From Heterodontus francisci (lineage: Eukaryota), in the NCBI RefSeq assembly GCF_036365525.1, contig NC_090372.1:74696078-74760077 (forward strand): a stretch of 64,000 nt of DNA. The letters run 5' to 3'. The position numbers and the translations under genes were made by a program. Under the pieces are notes generated by a model, which saw only the letters and a list, made by a program, of their open reading frames with translations, was not told the origin of the DNA and made no database searches. This document shows, piece by piece, positions 10,796 to 23,200 of the stretch; the first letter of the stretch is position 1, and every line of letters begins with the position of its first letter.

Positions 10796-13322
10796 CAAAG
10801 CCCATTTGAATCAAATTGTTGGCAACATAAAACGGAATGAAACATAAAATAATGTATTTTAAGATATAAAAATGCTGATTTTATTAATCCGTTTGCTGCT
10901 TGGAAAATTTAGGGAAAATACACGCATCCTGCTGAGAATGCTTCAGTTCTGTAACGCTTACGGCTTGAAGAAAACATAGAATCGCGTTCTGGGTGTTTAT
11001 ATACATAAGTAAATGGTAGTTAGATTGTCACTATTTTGTCAGTAAATCATTATTGTGTTCTGTGAGTAATTACGTGGCTTTATATTGTTTTTGAGAACGG
11101 ACATTTTAGCTGGTTGGAAATTGGAAGCGTCATTCTGAAATAACAGTTAAGGGAAAGTAATAAATATTGACTAAATATTACACTTATGTGGAATGTTTCG
11201 TTGCAAATTAATATTTGAAAATCTGGCAAACTTGCCAAATAACTTTTCAGCATTTCATTATGCAACCTTTCGGATCACGACTAAAACAAGACTTTTAAAC
11301 AGCGTTCTCTCGTTAATTTACGTGTACTGAACAGAAAGTTGGCCCTCGCGATAAGACCTCACAAAATAATTTCGTTCAATCTGAATTTATAAAACTTGTG
11401 CTTTATGATGGCTTATTGGTGACATGCAGTCTATGTTATGTTTAGGCTGCATCATTCGTTTCGTCAATATGCACTTTAATTGTATCACATTTAAAACATT
11501 GCTAGCTGAGTAAAGAAAGTCTCATATGTATTTTGGATAGGAAGATAAATTAGACAGCATGTCCTTTGGGAAGCTCTGACAGCGAGATGCCGACAACATG
11601 GCGTCTCCTTTCTCGGCGCTTAGGCTCTGCCACATGGAAATTAATTTTATTTTTTAAAAATGGAGTACTAAGTTTTCTTCTTCCTACTTTTCCACAATTT
11701 AAAAACCCTATGGATACAATTTGCAATCGGTAATGGGTTCTTTAAAACTGATCTTTGCATAATAAATTAATTACTGTCCACGCCATCTAGTCTCAAAATA
11801 TTATTTTTGAAATCAATAATCTAGATAAGGGAAAATTGTTAAGCAACGATCTTACGAATAGAATGGTACACTATCACTATATTTTTTACTTTTAAGTTTT
11901 ATTTGTTGGCGGGGAAATGCGCACTGGGACATTATATTGAAAAAGGTTTGGTCATTGGAATTAAAAGGAATATTTATAAATGTTGAATTGCTGAATATTT
12001 TACAGATCGTGTTTTGTATTTTTAACAGAACAGCTTACTGGTGAAAGAACAAATGTAAGGGAGTGAATTTTATCTGAAATCACGAGCACGTTTTAAAATA
12101 TAGGACATGCTAGCAACATTTTTTTTTAAATGGTTCGTTCGTACCTTATTTGAAATGGTTGAATATTAAGCGGTAAGTATTTTTTTTCAAAGCACCGGAC
12201 TCTGAACAGGCATGACCCATGTCTAATGTTTCATTTTAGAAAATTCAGCTAAAATTGTCCTTTTTTTTTTAGAACCGTGGCATATCTGGAATTTGTGTAT
12301 TCAGTAGCTGGAATTTTAAAAATATTTTCCAGTAGTGTTTCTAAATCAGATATTAACTTTAGTAATATCAAGCACTTCTGAATCCTGACGTTTTCTCCTC
12401 TTCTCTCCCTCTCTGCATGTACAGGATTCTTTGGAAAACGGACCGAGAAACGGCGGCAACAGTAATGTTTCTTGGCTGGCGAAATATTGTTTATCCAATG
12501 CAATAGCTGTACTTTTTATATGTACCTTATATGCATCTTGATCCAACCAACCATTATTAATAATAAAAAAATGAAGTTAGTAATGCCTTCTTGTAGATCT
12601 TTTTATTTCTTGCGTGGGGCAGAACTGGGTCCTTTTTTCGGCCTCAATAAATGCAGCATTGAAGACAGATGCAAGCCACATGATAATGGATGATGTTACA
12701 GTGTGGGGGTTGAAACACTTGGTTGTAGTTACACAACACAAAGGAAATCTGACTACAGGGCTGAGCGTTTTGCTGTGTATTGCAGAACGGGTTTACACTT
12801 CCGTAAATATTTTAGAAGAAAAACAGTGTAATATGTTTAATCTAAGTTAACATTACAATCAACACAGTATTGCTGACAAAAAAAATTTATTCGTCAGAAC
12901 TAGCTGTTCAATGGATATCTCATTTGCAGCATGGAATGCATACCTAAAACAAAATTGTGGCAATTTTGTGTTCCATTTTAAGAATACTACAGTTACAGAC
13001 TAAATCCCTTGTCTTGGCATTATTCCCACAATTGACCAAATTGCGTTTTTCATGAATACATTACTAACAGAAAACTACTTTTCTGTGTATTTTACAGGAA
13101 TTAAAAAAAACATATATTTACCATGACTTAAAACACAAGGCTGAACAGAACCAAGTAAATAGTCAATGTACAGTTCTCTTTATAAATATGTGTCAATGGG
13201 GATAAATAATATTTTAAACACTTAGAATATTCTCCTTTGCAAGAGCAAATAAATAAATTTGAATGTTCACCAGCATACACACATACTGAAAGATGGACAA
13301 GAACTCTTATTTGCCCAGGGAG

Positions 13323-13987
13323 ACCCTGTAAAAGCGCTTTGATCTTGTTTAACCATTCAATGTAAAGAAGTGCAATATAAACCATTTTACTGTTCCTCGC
13401 AAGGAAAAATAAAGCACGAACAAATTCACGTTTAAGTAATTTTTAGAAAATTTGTTCATATACCCTGTTCCATAAGAGTAGAAGATTATATATGCAAAGT
13501 TCTGTAAGCCTTAGTACTTCACTTCTACTACTGAATGCTAAGGCTGGTGTCCATGAAAACAACCACTAACCAGAGACAGAGCAATGCAAGCAAGGATCGG
13601 TTATCGATAGGTACATTACATGTAAACTATAAGGGTTGATACTAAATCAAAAAAGGAAGAGGGGGAAAGAGGGAATGTAATCATAGATAACATGACAAAG
13701 CATGAGAAAGTGATAGTCCACCAGGAGCTAACTGGTCCATTACAGATGGGTCAGCTTGGGAGCTTCCTGAATTCTTCCCTGAGACGGATGGTGCGAAGAA
13801 AGGTCTGTGTATGTGGGATGTGGGTCGCAAGGTCCATGGTGATGGTTGCTGGTCATTGGCCCTGCACCATTATAGTCCATGTTTCCAGAGGGAGGATGAC
13901 CGAGGTGGGTTAGGCTGAAAAGGGAAGGCCCAGAGCTCGGCATGGATTCCACAAAGTTTCCTCCAACATAGACTGGGCTACCCTGTA
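13323..13987 (-). promoter_or_regulatory. miR-10 target sites in hoxa3 (two in 3'UTR, one in CDS)
   Basis: On +: ACCCTGTA 13323-13330, TACCCTGT 13461-13468, TACCCTGTA 13979-13987. Confidence 0.75.
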
Positions 13988-14512
13988 AATGAGGAGTCCC
14001 ATAACCGCCATTGCCTTGAAGAGGATGCGTGTCATATTCAGGCGTCACAGCTGCCGTCCCAGCATACCTCTTCTGTGGAGGTGGGCAACTGTTTAGAGGC
14101 CCAGGATAAGACGTAGGGATAGCATAGGCGTTTTGATGAGGTTTGCTGAAGGACGTAGGCGAGTGCGGGTCGTATGGAGCACTGGTTGCCAAGGAATGCA
14201 TAGAGTTTGCATATCCTCCTGCAGCTGATGGTGGAATGGGGCTTCTGCAGGGCGACTGTCCTCCAGAGGATGTTAGCATGCCTTTCGCTTTCTGATCCTT
14301 TTTGTATTTCATTCTGCGATTTTGGAACCAGATTTTAATCTGTCTTTCAGTGAGGTTTAAGAGGTTGGCCATTTCGACCCTTCGAGGCCTGCAAAGGTAG
14401 CGGTTAAAGTGAAACTCCTTCTCCAGTTCCACCAACTGGGCACTGGTATATGCTGTGCGTGCCCTCTTGGAGGCTGGGCCCGGAGGACTTTTTTCTCCAG
14501 CCGAACTTTCAA
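13740..14512 (-). CDS. hoxa3: Hox-A3 coding exon 2 (homeodomain)
   Basis: Acceptor TTTACAG|TT; [38 protein letters not shown] and PG3 C-terminus [13 protein letters not shown]; spliced 410 aa. Confidence 0.97.
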
Positions 14513-15318
14513 CTGTAAATAAAGAAAACAATGATTAAATCTATTCATAGGCGTAATAGATGTTGAAAATAGGAAATATATATTATATAATTAACTCTAT
14601 GACATATTCTAATGTATTCTCAATAAGTTACGTTAACATATTAACCCCTATCATTAAAAGATTAATGGCTCATTCGCCATCTCCAAAAAACACAATTGTC
14701 ACTCCTTTGCCAAATTATTATACTTAGTAATGGAGGTATAACCATGCATAAGCCATTACTGGGTATTTCATTATTTAATATTGAAATCTAATGATTTACA
14801 TTTAATAAAGCAAAGCAGTCTTTTATTCAAGTACACCATTGAAATGAAATCCGAAACTACACTTTAAATTACATTGTTTAAAAGTTATTGCATCTTATTT
14901 TTTTTATCAGAACAATTCCAATAAAGATATTACGTTTTGAATCGGTCATGCCAAAACGATGCGCTAATTTGACCCAAGATGCAATCAGTAGAGCAGCCTT
15001 TTTAAAAAACCCGATGCACACCAATAGCATTGAATTGCCAAATTATACACATCTCTAATCATAGTCTTCGGGTATTACTTAGAAATGAAAACCGATTTCT
15101 TGTTACTTGAGCTATTTTACATACCGATACAAACAATCCACTTTGCAGTGCCCTTCCCCCCATTCCAAGGATTCCACTTGTTTATGTCACAATAGTACCA
15201 AACATGGTGAGAAAGATCATTTTCAACCGATTGGGTGATAACTAAGAAAACATTTTGAGCTATTTTATTATATGTTAAATATAAGTGATGATAATTCAAA
15301 TTTATTTCATGATTTTGA

Positions 15319-15596
15319 AATAAAAACAGAAAATGCTAGAAATACTCAGCAGGTCAGGCAGCATCTGTGGAGAGAAAAACAGAGTTAACGTTTCAGGTCT
15401 GTGACCAATCATCAGAACTGGGAAAACCTAGAGATGTAATAGGTTTCAAACAAATGAAAGGGGGAAAGGTGGGAAAAAGAACTTGCATAAAATCAATGTT
15501 TCTCCCTCCACAGATGCTGCCAGACTTGCTGAGTATTTCCAGCATTTTCTGTTTTATTTCAGATTTCCAGCATCCGCAGTATATTGCTTTTGCATG
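15319..15596. mobile_element. Short Penelope-like retroelement remnant (inverted pLTR fragments) in the hoxa3 intron
   Basis: About 65-bp inverted arms (15316-15381 and 15497-15561; 5 substitutions plus 1 indel); flanking direct repeat ATGATTTTGA (15309-15318, 15597-15606); internal hammerhead core. The arm sequence resembles an abundant shark/ray repeat (recall). Confidence 0.75.
15383..15419 (-). ncRNA. Minimal type I hammerhead ribozyme motif (possibly degenerate)
   Basis: Minus strand reads AGTT-CTGATGA-TT-GGTC-ACA-GACC-T-GAAA-CG-TT-AACT: both catalytic boxes, stem II, stem I AGTT/AACT and palindromic AACGTT in place of stem III. Confidence 0.65.
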
Positions 15597-16151
15597 ATGA
15601 TTTTGAGTCATGTTAACACCTGCAATCATGATTTATATGAAATATATAATTTCTATAACATTTATTGAAATTCCTCATAAACATATTCTGTGTCAGTACA
15701 AGCATGTCTGTATTTGCAACTGAAGCCCACAAATGCAAATCTGATATCTAAATATTAAGAAATCATTTCGACTAGTACAAGCAGTTCATGCCTCCAAATC
15801 CAGTTATCACTAGTTGATATTTTATTTTTATCAATCAGAATTGTGCGTGTGCATATTTTTCCATATTTGCACATGAGCAATAGTGCAAATCCAATCACAT
15901 ATGCATTGGTTATTAAAACTGAAAATTAGGTGAAGATTATCAGTTCCTCTCCAAAAACCTGGCCCTTAAGATATGTTTAACTATCCATAGGTCGAATATA
16001 GGTACGTTACCGAAGATTTATATGTGCATGTTATATAATTATATATATCTTTAGATCTATATAATTATAAACGTATACAAAAGCACTTAATACATAGCTG
16101 GTGTAATTTAAGTAAATATGGAGCTAGACTGGAGGAACTTTGTATGTATGT

Positions 16152-16260
16152 GGAAGAGAAATGGGAATGAGGGGAAGAGAGAGGGAAAGAGAGGGAGAGA
16201 GGTGAGGCACGGAGAAGGAGGGAGAGAGAGGAGAGGGGGGAGAGAGGGAAGAGGGAAAGG
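16152..16260. repeat. Polypurine (GA-rich) low-complexity tract in the hoxa3 intron
   Basis: About 110 nt of almost only G and A on the + strand. Confidence 0.85.
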
Positions 16261-16551
16261 CTGAGATGCACTCTCTCAACTGTTTCCCGGTAATGTGTAT
16301 TTTAAATTGCCTAACCTACATTTAGAAAATGTTAGTGTTTATGTTTATAAACTACTTGCCTAATCACTGACAATGGCCCATACGTTATTTCTATGACAGG
16401 GTTCCAGAATTATTGAAATGATTCAGTTGTTCAGATTTTTTAGAGATGAAGGCAATGACTATGCTGTTCCAGTAGCTCAATTATCAACTTTACCCACTGT
16501 AGCAATGACATGTCGATTGATTATCGAAAGGTAAGATAGGACGCTGTGTAC

Positions 16552-17011
16552 CTGAACTGGAACTGCTGGTTTTTTGCTTGGCGTTTTGGCGCGACTCTTT
16601 CATCCAGGGGAATATTTGTTTACTAATGGTGGCTTGTGAGGTAAGTGTAGGGTTTTTGCTTGTGCTGGACTGGGTCGAGTTGCTGCTGGTATTTTGGGGT
16701 GGTGAGACAGATGGTGGTGGTGGAGGTGGTGGAGGTGGTGGCTGCTTCTGTTGCTGTTGCTCTGCAATAACTGGGTGGTGGCTCGGTTGACTGGCACTGG
16801 TTCGCATGCAACTTTCATTGATATCGTTGGGTTTGTGATGGGGGACAGTGCCCGGTGATTGCAGAGAGCAGGCAGGCCGATGATAGTCGCTTTCCACGTG
16901 GGACGAAGGCGGATATTGCTGCTGACTGGCGTTGTAGTTAAAACCATTTGCTCCTTGGTATGTGTAACCACCGAAAATTGCAGAGCTGTCGTAGTATGTC
17001 GCTTTTTGCAT
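16552..17011 (-). CDS. hoxa3: Hox-A3 coding exon 1
   Basis: [12 protein letters not shown] start, poly-Q and poly-P tracts, hexapeptide [13 protein letters not shown]; donor CAG|GTACAC. Confidence 0.96.
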
Positions 17012-20000
17012 CTCGTTGTTTCCCAATATTTATTTCGCAAACTGACAGGGTCTTGACACCCTTATAGAATAACATTGGCGCCCTGTGTCACGTGACTCTT
17101 TTCTTCCAATGGCCTCTTCGGGTAGACCTGGGGTTACAAGAAACAAAACCATAATGGCGAAATGGTACAAATCCATCTTACTCTCAATAGCAACTGACAT
17201 GAAAAGCCATAAAAAGTGTGCAGCAATATTTAGTCTCATAGCTTAGCCCTGGGCAACCTGAGTATAACAGCAGTTTAAAACTGACTCTCAGCGGTAAATG
17301 CTCAGTACGGTTGAGCAACAAACGATCGGTAGCTGCAGATTCCAGCTTTATATTTTGTCTCATCGGGGAAATACAATACTACATAAGGGTTCATGTGAAA
17401 CATGGATTTCGGTAGGTTAAACTAGGAATAGACTTCTTGGATAGCTGAAAAGAGGAACCATTATGCGTGTATATCAAAACATTTTTTAAGCCAGTGGTTA
17501 CGGAGCGTTATGTGTATGTGTAAACTGCATTCAATTGCAAATATGTGATTCATTAGTTACATCTCAAGCGATCTAATGAGGTGAGATTTAAATGATGCAA
17601 TCACTGTGACGAGTTAATGATTTCTTAAAAAGTGAAACCGAAAGAAACCAACTTTAGCAGCTAAAACTTGCTGCAACGAAACACAAAAATATATCCAAGC
17701 TCTATGTTATGTATGGGTTTATTTTAATGTTACGTTTTAAATAATAACCAGCAGGTTAATTGAGGCGCGGTGTGTAAACGCTACTACTTTAAGTATCATT
17801 TAAAATATTGACAGATTTTGCCACTGTCTCTATCGTAGTGTTAGTTCGTATTTGTTCATTCCTCTCGTGTAATAGACACCACTGGTATTGCATTGAAGAT
17901 GTTTCTCTAGAAAAGCGGTTCGTTTTAAAATACTGTTCTGGTTATTTTCAAACCTGGGACGTAGAACAAGCATTCCAGTATGTGTACTACATTAAGTGCG
18001 CTGTGTTTGATAACATTGCATTTAAACTAATATTTGTTTTATCCAGACTGGCGGGCAGAAATGTCTTGTTTTTTGTTGGTTCCCCTTTTAACAGGTCACC
18101 ATTTGGTCTGGCGGAAATTTCCAAAGGTTCGTTTTACTGTTTGAATTCTACCTGCTAAAAGCATGATGGATCGGAAAGCACCAGGAACCTGAAAAACTGG
18201 CGTTCTTCTTTATGACCACGGTGTGAACTTTTCTTCCAACCGAACGATAATAGGCTCTGTCTCTGAAGCTGCTCTTAATTTGATGTATGGGGGTCACTGG
18301 GCCGGGGGAAGAGATGGGAGCCCAGCCTACAGAAAGGGCCTGCATCATGAGAAACCGGCAGCAAACAACACTATTCTATTCAAGTGTTTCAGTTAATTAT
18401 CATATTCCTAAAAATTCAGCAATCCTTGTATCGCAGTTAAAGAATAGTTTTAAACTGCATCACCCGTGGAATAAAAATCAATCGAAAGGACAACATAGAA
18501 TTGTCTTCCCATCGGATGTACAAAGCTTACTTTGGGCCTGCACATCTTTGTTTAATCTACAAAAATATTCGGATATTTTGTCACGAATGTACACGTTCTG
18601 TAGGTTCTTATGTATAGATCGGTTGTAATGAAGAGATTTTTCTTTATTTTTAGTAAGAAATATGGCCTAGTCGAGCAAACCATTGTTTGCTAGGCCTTTC
18701 TTTGCTCCAGTCACACTCATACAAAGGAAAATACACTAGTAAAACCAGCCCATCCATTTTGTGGGACTGCTAAGAAAATAGTTCAAGTAAGCAAAGCTTC
18801 ACTACACATTTTAAACCTGATCATTTCAAAATGTTTTCCGTGTGTTTTGCGCATTTTTTGACTGACCAAATGTCCTTTCCTAATCTTGTGCATTCCTATG
18901 TTTCTGTAAAACATATTTCGCAATATCCACTGCATATGACCTGAACTTGTAGCTGTCTTCAAGGCGACTGCATTTTTTAGAGCTGTAAGCGAAAGCGAAG
19001 CTGCTGAGGTCAGTAAGGGAGGGCAGAGTTGTGCTAAGCACAGATTTTAAATAACTTTTTTGTGTGTTTCTGAAACTGAACACTTGAAGCAACAGAAAGG
19101 GTTTGGCAAAATAATTGTAACGTCTTGCCCTTAGAATCTGCCATTGTTGTTATTCGGAGCACTTGATGTTCCAGAAACATTTTGTAAAGTTGAAACCATG
19201 AAATAATGAATGAAGTTGTCTGGTACTACGCCTGAAACCACGGGCCCCTGGATAGGTTTAACGAGGTTTTACCACCATAGGGGACAGTAACATAGAAGTT
19301 ATTGAATTATTGGGTTTTACTGTTAAGCAGTTGTCAATAATATGCTTTGTTTCGAGATATTCTTCCGACATTATCAGAACTCGTTCTGAAGCATGGGGAA
19401 AAAGTATTAGGAAAAATGCTGTGGTTTACTCATATTGTGAAAGATAGTTATTGGAAATCCTCGATAATAAGAGCTCACATAACAAAATTTTCCTTTGGTT
19501 TCTCAGACTTGCGTGTTGTCCGCCATTTTTCTTTCAACAGCAAATGCAACCTTACTCACCTGTGTAAACGCTATGCATCTAATTCTACGTGATTGTACCT
19601 CCGGATTTTGTAAACCAATTTCTTCATTGTTTTAATCTTTTAAAAAATAAATTCATCTTGGAGTACTATGCTTTCTCATTCTGTTAATGTTTCAGTATAG
19701 GAACGGTTTATGACTGTAAACTGACACATTTTATTGATAACACAAAAGCTATTTCACTCTGACATAAATATATTTTTTCACTACCAATCAGACAACACAG
19801 CAGAAGAAACTCTTTGTCTAATGGAGTGAAGTATGGAGTCCTGACCAACAACCTTTCCTCTACGTTAGATATTTATTAAATTAACGTAAACCATTTCTAA
19901 CTAATTATACAGATAAGCCCAAGCGTAAATGTATGTTTGCAAATAAAACTGCAGCCATAAACAGCCTTCCGCGTTCTCTACAACATCACGAAGGGTATGA

Positions 20001-20246
20001 AAGGTTAAAAAAAAAGTTGAAAAGAAAGTACTGGAAACCTGATTCCAGCAAAGGCAACTTTAAGGGTTTCTTAGTTCATGTGTATAGATGTGCCTCAGGC
20101 GGCATTGTAGGTAGTAATAAATTCACAAAACTTGGAAAATGTAGAGGAAAATATCAACAGCGCTTGAGAAACAGAAAATAGAAATAAAAGGCTTGAATTC
20201 GAAGCCTACGGGTATCAGTCACGATGTGAAAGGAAGCTATAGCATG

Positions 20247-20263
20247 TGAACTCTTCTTGAACC
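20247..20263 (-). promoter_or_regulatory. DR5 RARE upstream of the hoxa3 coding exons
   Basis: GGTTCA-agaag-AGTTCA, perfect DR5; Hox/Pbx-type TGATTTATGA at 20282-20291 nearby. Confidence 0.85.
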
Positions 20264-23200
20264 GACATTTAAGTCATATGGTCATAAATCACTGGGACAT
20301 AAACTCCGCCATTCACGAGTGATAGCCTATTTGTGTCCAGCTTACCTTAGCCTCTGACGATAGACGCAGACCACGGCACAATATTTTCAGATTCACCGGG
20401 GAAATCGATAAGCAGGAGTTTCAAAACTTCCAAATTAAGTGGAATGAAGGTAAACAGTTACTCTTATGCGCTTAAATTCACTCGTTGGCGACAACGGCAA
20501 ATGGGGTCAGGGAAATGGTAGAGCTGCAAAGAACTGGAGAGAAGGCTCTAGCTTTTGGATGGACAGCCCTGTGATTATGGTAGCGCGCCCTGGTCAGGGA
20601 GATAAGACTGCTATCAGCTTTCCTGGCTGCTCTTATCTAATACCAAAGAAATGGGGTATGTTTCTTATGAATATTGAATGCTAAAAGCGCGGATTTTAAG
20701 ATTGCTGTCTGGGAGTACTGAACAGACAGGCAGGGTAAACTCCCCCGAAACATAGCGTCACAAGTGAAAATTATGCAAATTAAGCAACGCGGAGGACACA
20801 AGCGCCCGGGTTTGGCAATCATTGAATCTTTACAATCATAACTTGAATCGAACTCGCCCTATTTCAATCAACTCACATTTTAATAATAATTATGTTAAGA
20901 TTATAATAAAGAAATACATTATTCAAATATGCGTTTAGTCTTCCCCATTAAAAGTACTGCCTGAACTTTTATTAACACCTTGTTGCAAAGAAAAGCCTTT
21001 GTTTGAGCAAGAGAATAGTGCGGAGGAAGTATGGCACACGGGTGAAAATAACAACCAGTTTCAAACAGGTTCAATTGGTTCTAAAGCAGAGCCAATTTTT
21101 TTAGTATTCAGATAACTAAAGGTGTTAACGATGCTGAAGCAAAAGTGTTTCAGGCACAGAAGTGAAAAGTTACACTTCAGAAGCAAACCCGAGGCAGAGG
21201 AGGCGAGGAGTGAAAGAGTATATGAGCGATAGTCACCCCTGATGCATACCAATGCTTCTGTCGTTTATGGCTACGTAAGATTTATGACTTCATGCACTAA
21301 GGCTGTAAACAGAGCACTAAAGAGAAAACACTTGCTCCTATCGCTTATTGCGATGCAACTGCATGAAAGGGGAAGCCAAGCAGCGTAGGAGGGAAGATAG
21401 GGGCAAAAATTCACTCGTATGCAACTTTTCAAGTAAGCCGCTCAATGTTCTATCTGTAGTGAAGTACTTTATTGTCAATGCGCAGCCCTCCACTTTTTTT
21501 TAAAGTGCTGACTCCCAACTTTTTCTCTTTCTCTTGAGATCGTAGGAAGGGGCAAAAAGCGCCAACGGATGCTGGATTTTAAAAAAAAACTTTCTATAAC
21601 TTAGTTTGGCTCAGGGAGTTTTAGATAAAAAGCGACTGGATAGACATTGAAAGCGTCCGGTTGATGCGAGCGTGTCTTCCAAAATCACTGCGAGGTTGTT
21701 GGGTACAGCGAACTAAAATACCGGATCAGAAATGTTTTACGCCATTCGTGATTGAGGACTTTCCCTGAAGCTAGTTGCTAAGTTTTACGAAGAGAAAGCA
21801 AACGAGGAGGAGAGAACGCTTGGTTTGATCGAAATGATAGATGTCATCCCTTTTTACAAGGTGTTGATATTTTATTGCAGCAGTCATAACTTCCATTTTT
21901 AAGATATCTTGCTCGACATTCGAAGACGATAACCAAAAGTTTACATTTCCGCCAGCCATCTTTAATACTTAAATATGTTATTTGCTATGAATTGGCATCC
22001 ATTTTACGACCTAGTATACATGCTGTATGTAATTTCCTCTGTGATTAATATATTTATGTTTATTTATTCAACTCTCCTAAAACCCACATGTAATTTACAT
22101 TGGAAAAGCATATTTCGGCCCTTTTATTAAATGCTCAGCATCACCGGCCGCCTGCACTGGGGATAATCAACATGACATCTTATAATGTTTGCATTTGGGG
22201 CTTTAAGCGACCATATGTATATATATATTTAAAATCATAATAGTACAGAAAACTCACCGAAAGTTTGTTCAGTCTCACTGAAAAGCCTCTGGTTGTAGAA
22301 ATGTTATTTACTATAAAGTCTGGAACGGAAACGAGAAACCATTAATTTCCACGGAGTAACAGAAAAGGCGTCGGAGAACTGAAAATCCCTGCTTTAAGTA
22401 AATCGACTAATTCTGCATAGATTATTAACGGACAGAAACTAATCTAGCTCCTTACATATTATAACATTCCAATAAGTCAAAAAATAATCTCTGAACTATG
22501 TTAAGTTTTTTGTGGAATATTGAACGAAATTTTTCAAGCCGAGGATTTATCATACACAATCTTGTAAATTTTCTGTGTGCCATCGCTAATAAGGTACTTT
22601 ATGTATGTAACTTTTTCGAATACATCTGTACTAATCCAACTTTCATTTGCTCTCCAACACTGTAAACCAATTGTATTATTTATGTCTGTTTTAGCCTTGT
22701 CAAATTTGCACCAAGTCTGGACAATAAATCAGAAAGAAACAGTGACGTGTAACCGAACTACAATTAAATTTTTAATGTATTTACCAAAAATCTTTTCCCA
22801 GTGTTTGCATTTAACTTTGGGCCGGCCGGGTGTGGTGGGGGGAACAGTAAAAACTGACGATACAATGCAAGAATTTAAATAGAGAAGCCAAATCCAGACT
22901 TCAACGTCCATTGAGGACATAAAAAATCAACTACAACAATATTTATACTCCTGTTGTACATTTTGCAACATAATAGTTTGCAAAGTAATGATATCCTCCA
23001 ATATAGTATTCCTATACGTGTAGCGTAGAACCAAACATATCGCAGAAATTAGCTTTGCTTATCCACAACGATTTTTTTTATCCGACCCCCACCCTCACGC
23101 CATTTGGTTTTATTTTACGCGATTGGTAGAATTACGGTAGGGTACTGATCTGGCTATCAATAATTGCCAATGTGATTTGTCATACATAAAAAGAAGTAAA

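Noticed and set aside
16065-16271. Leu/Ser/Pro-rich ORF in the hoxa3 intron
   Set aside because: Translation of the polypurine/polypyrimidine tract
22251-22267. AACTCA-ccgaa-AGTTTG resembling the Hoxa1 RARE spacer
   Set aside because: Both half-sites have two mismatches and the orientation is opposite to the other RAREs
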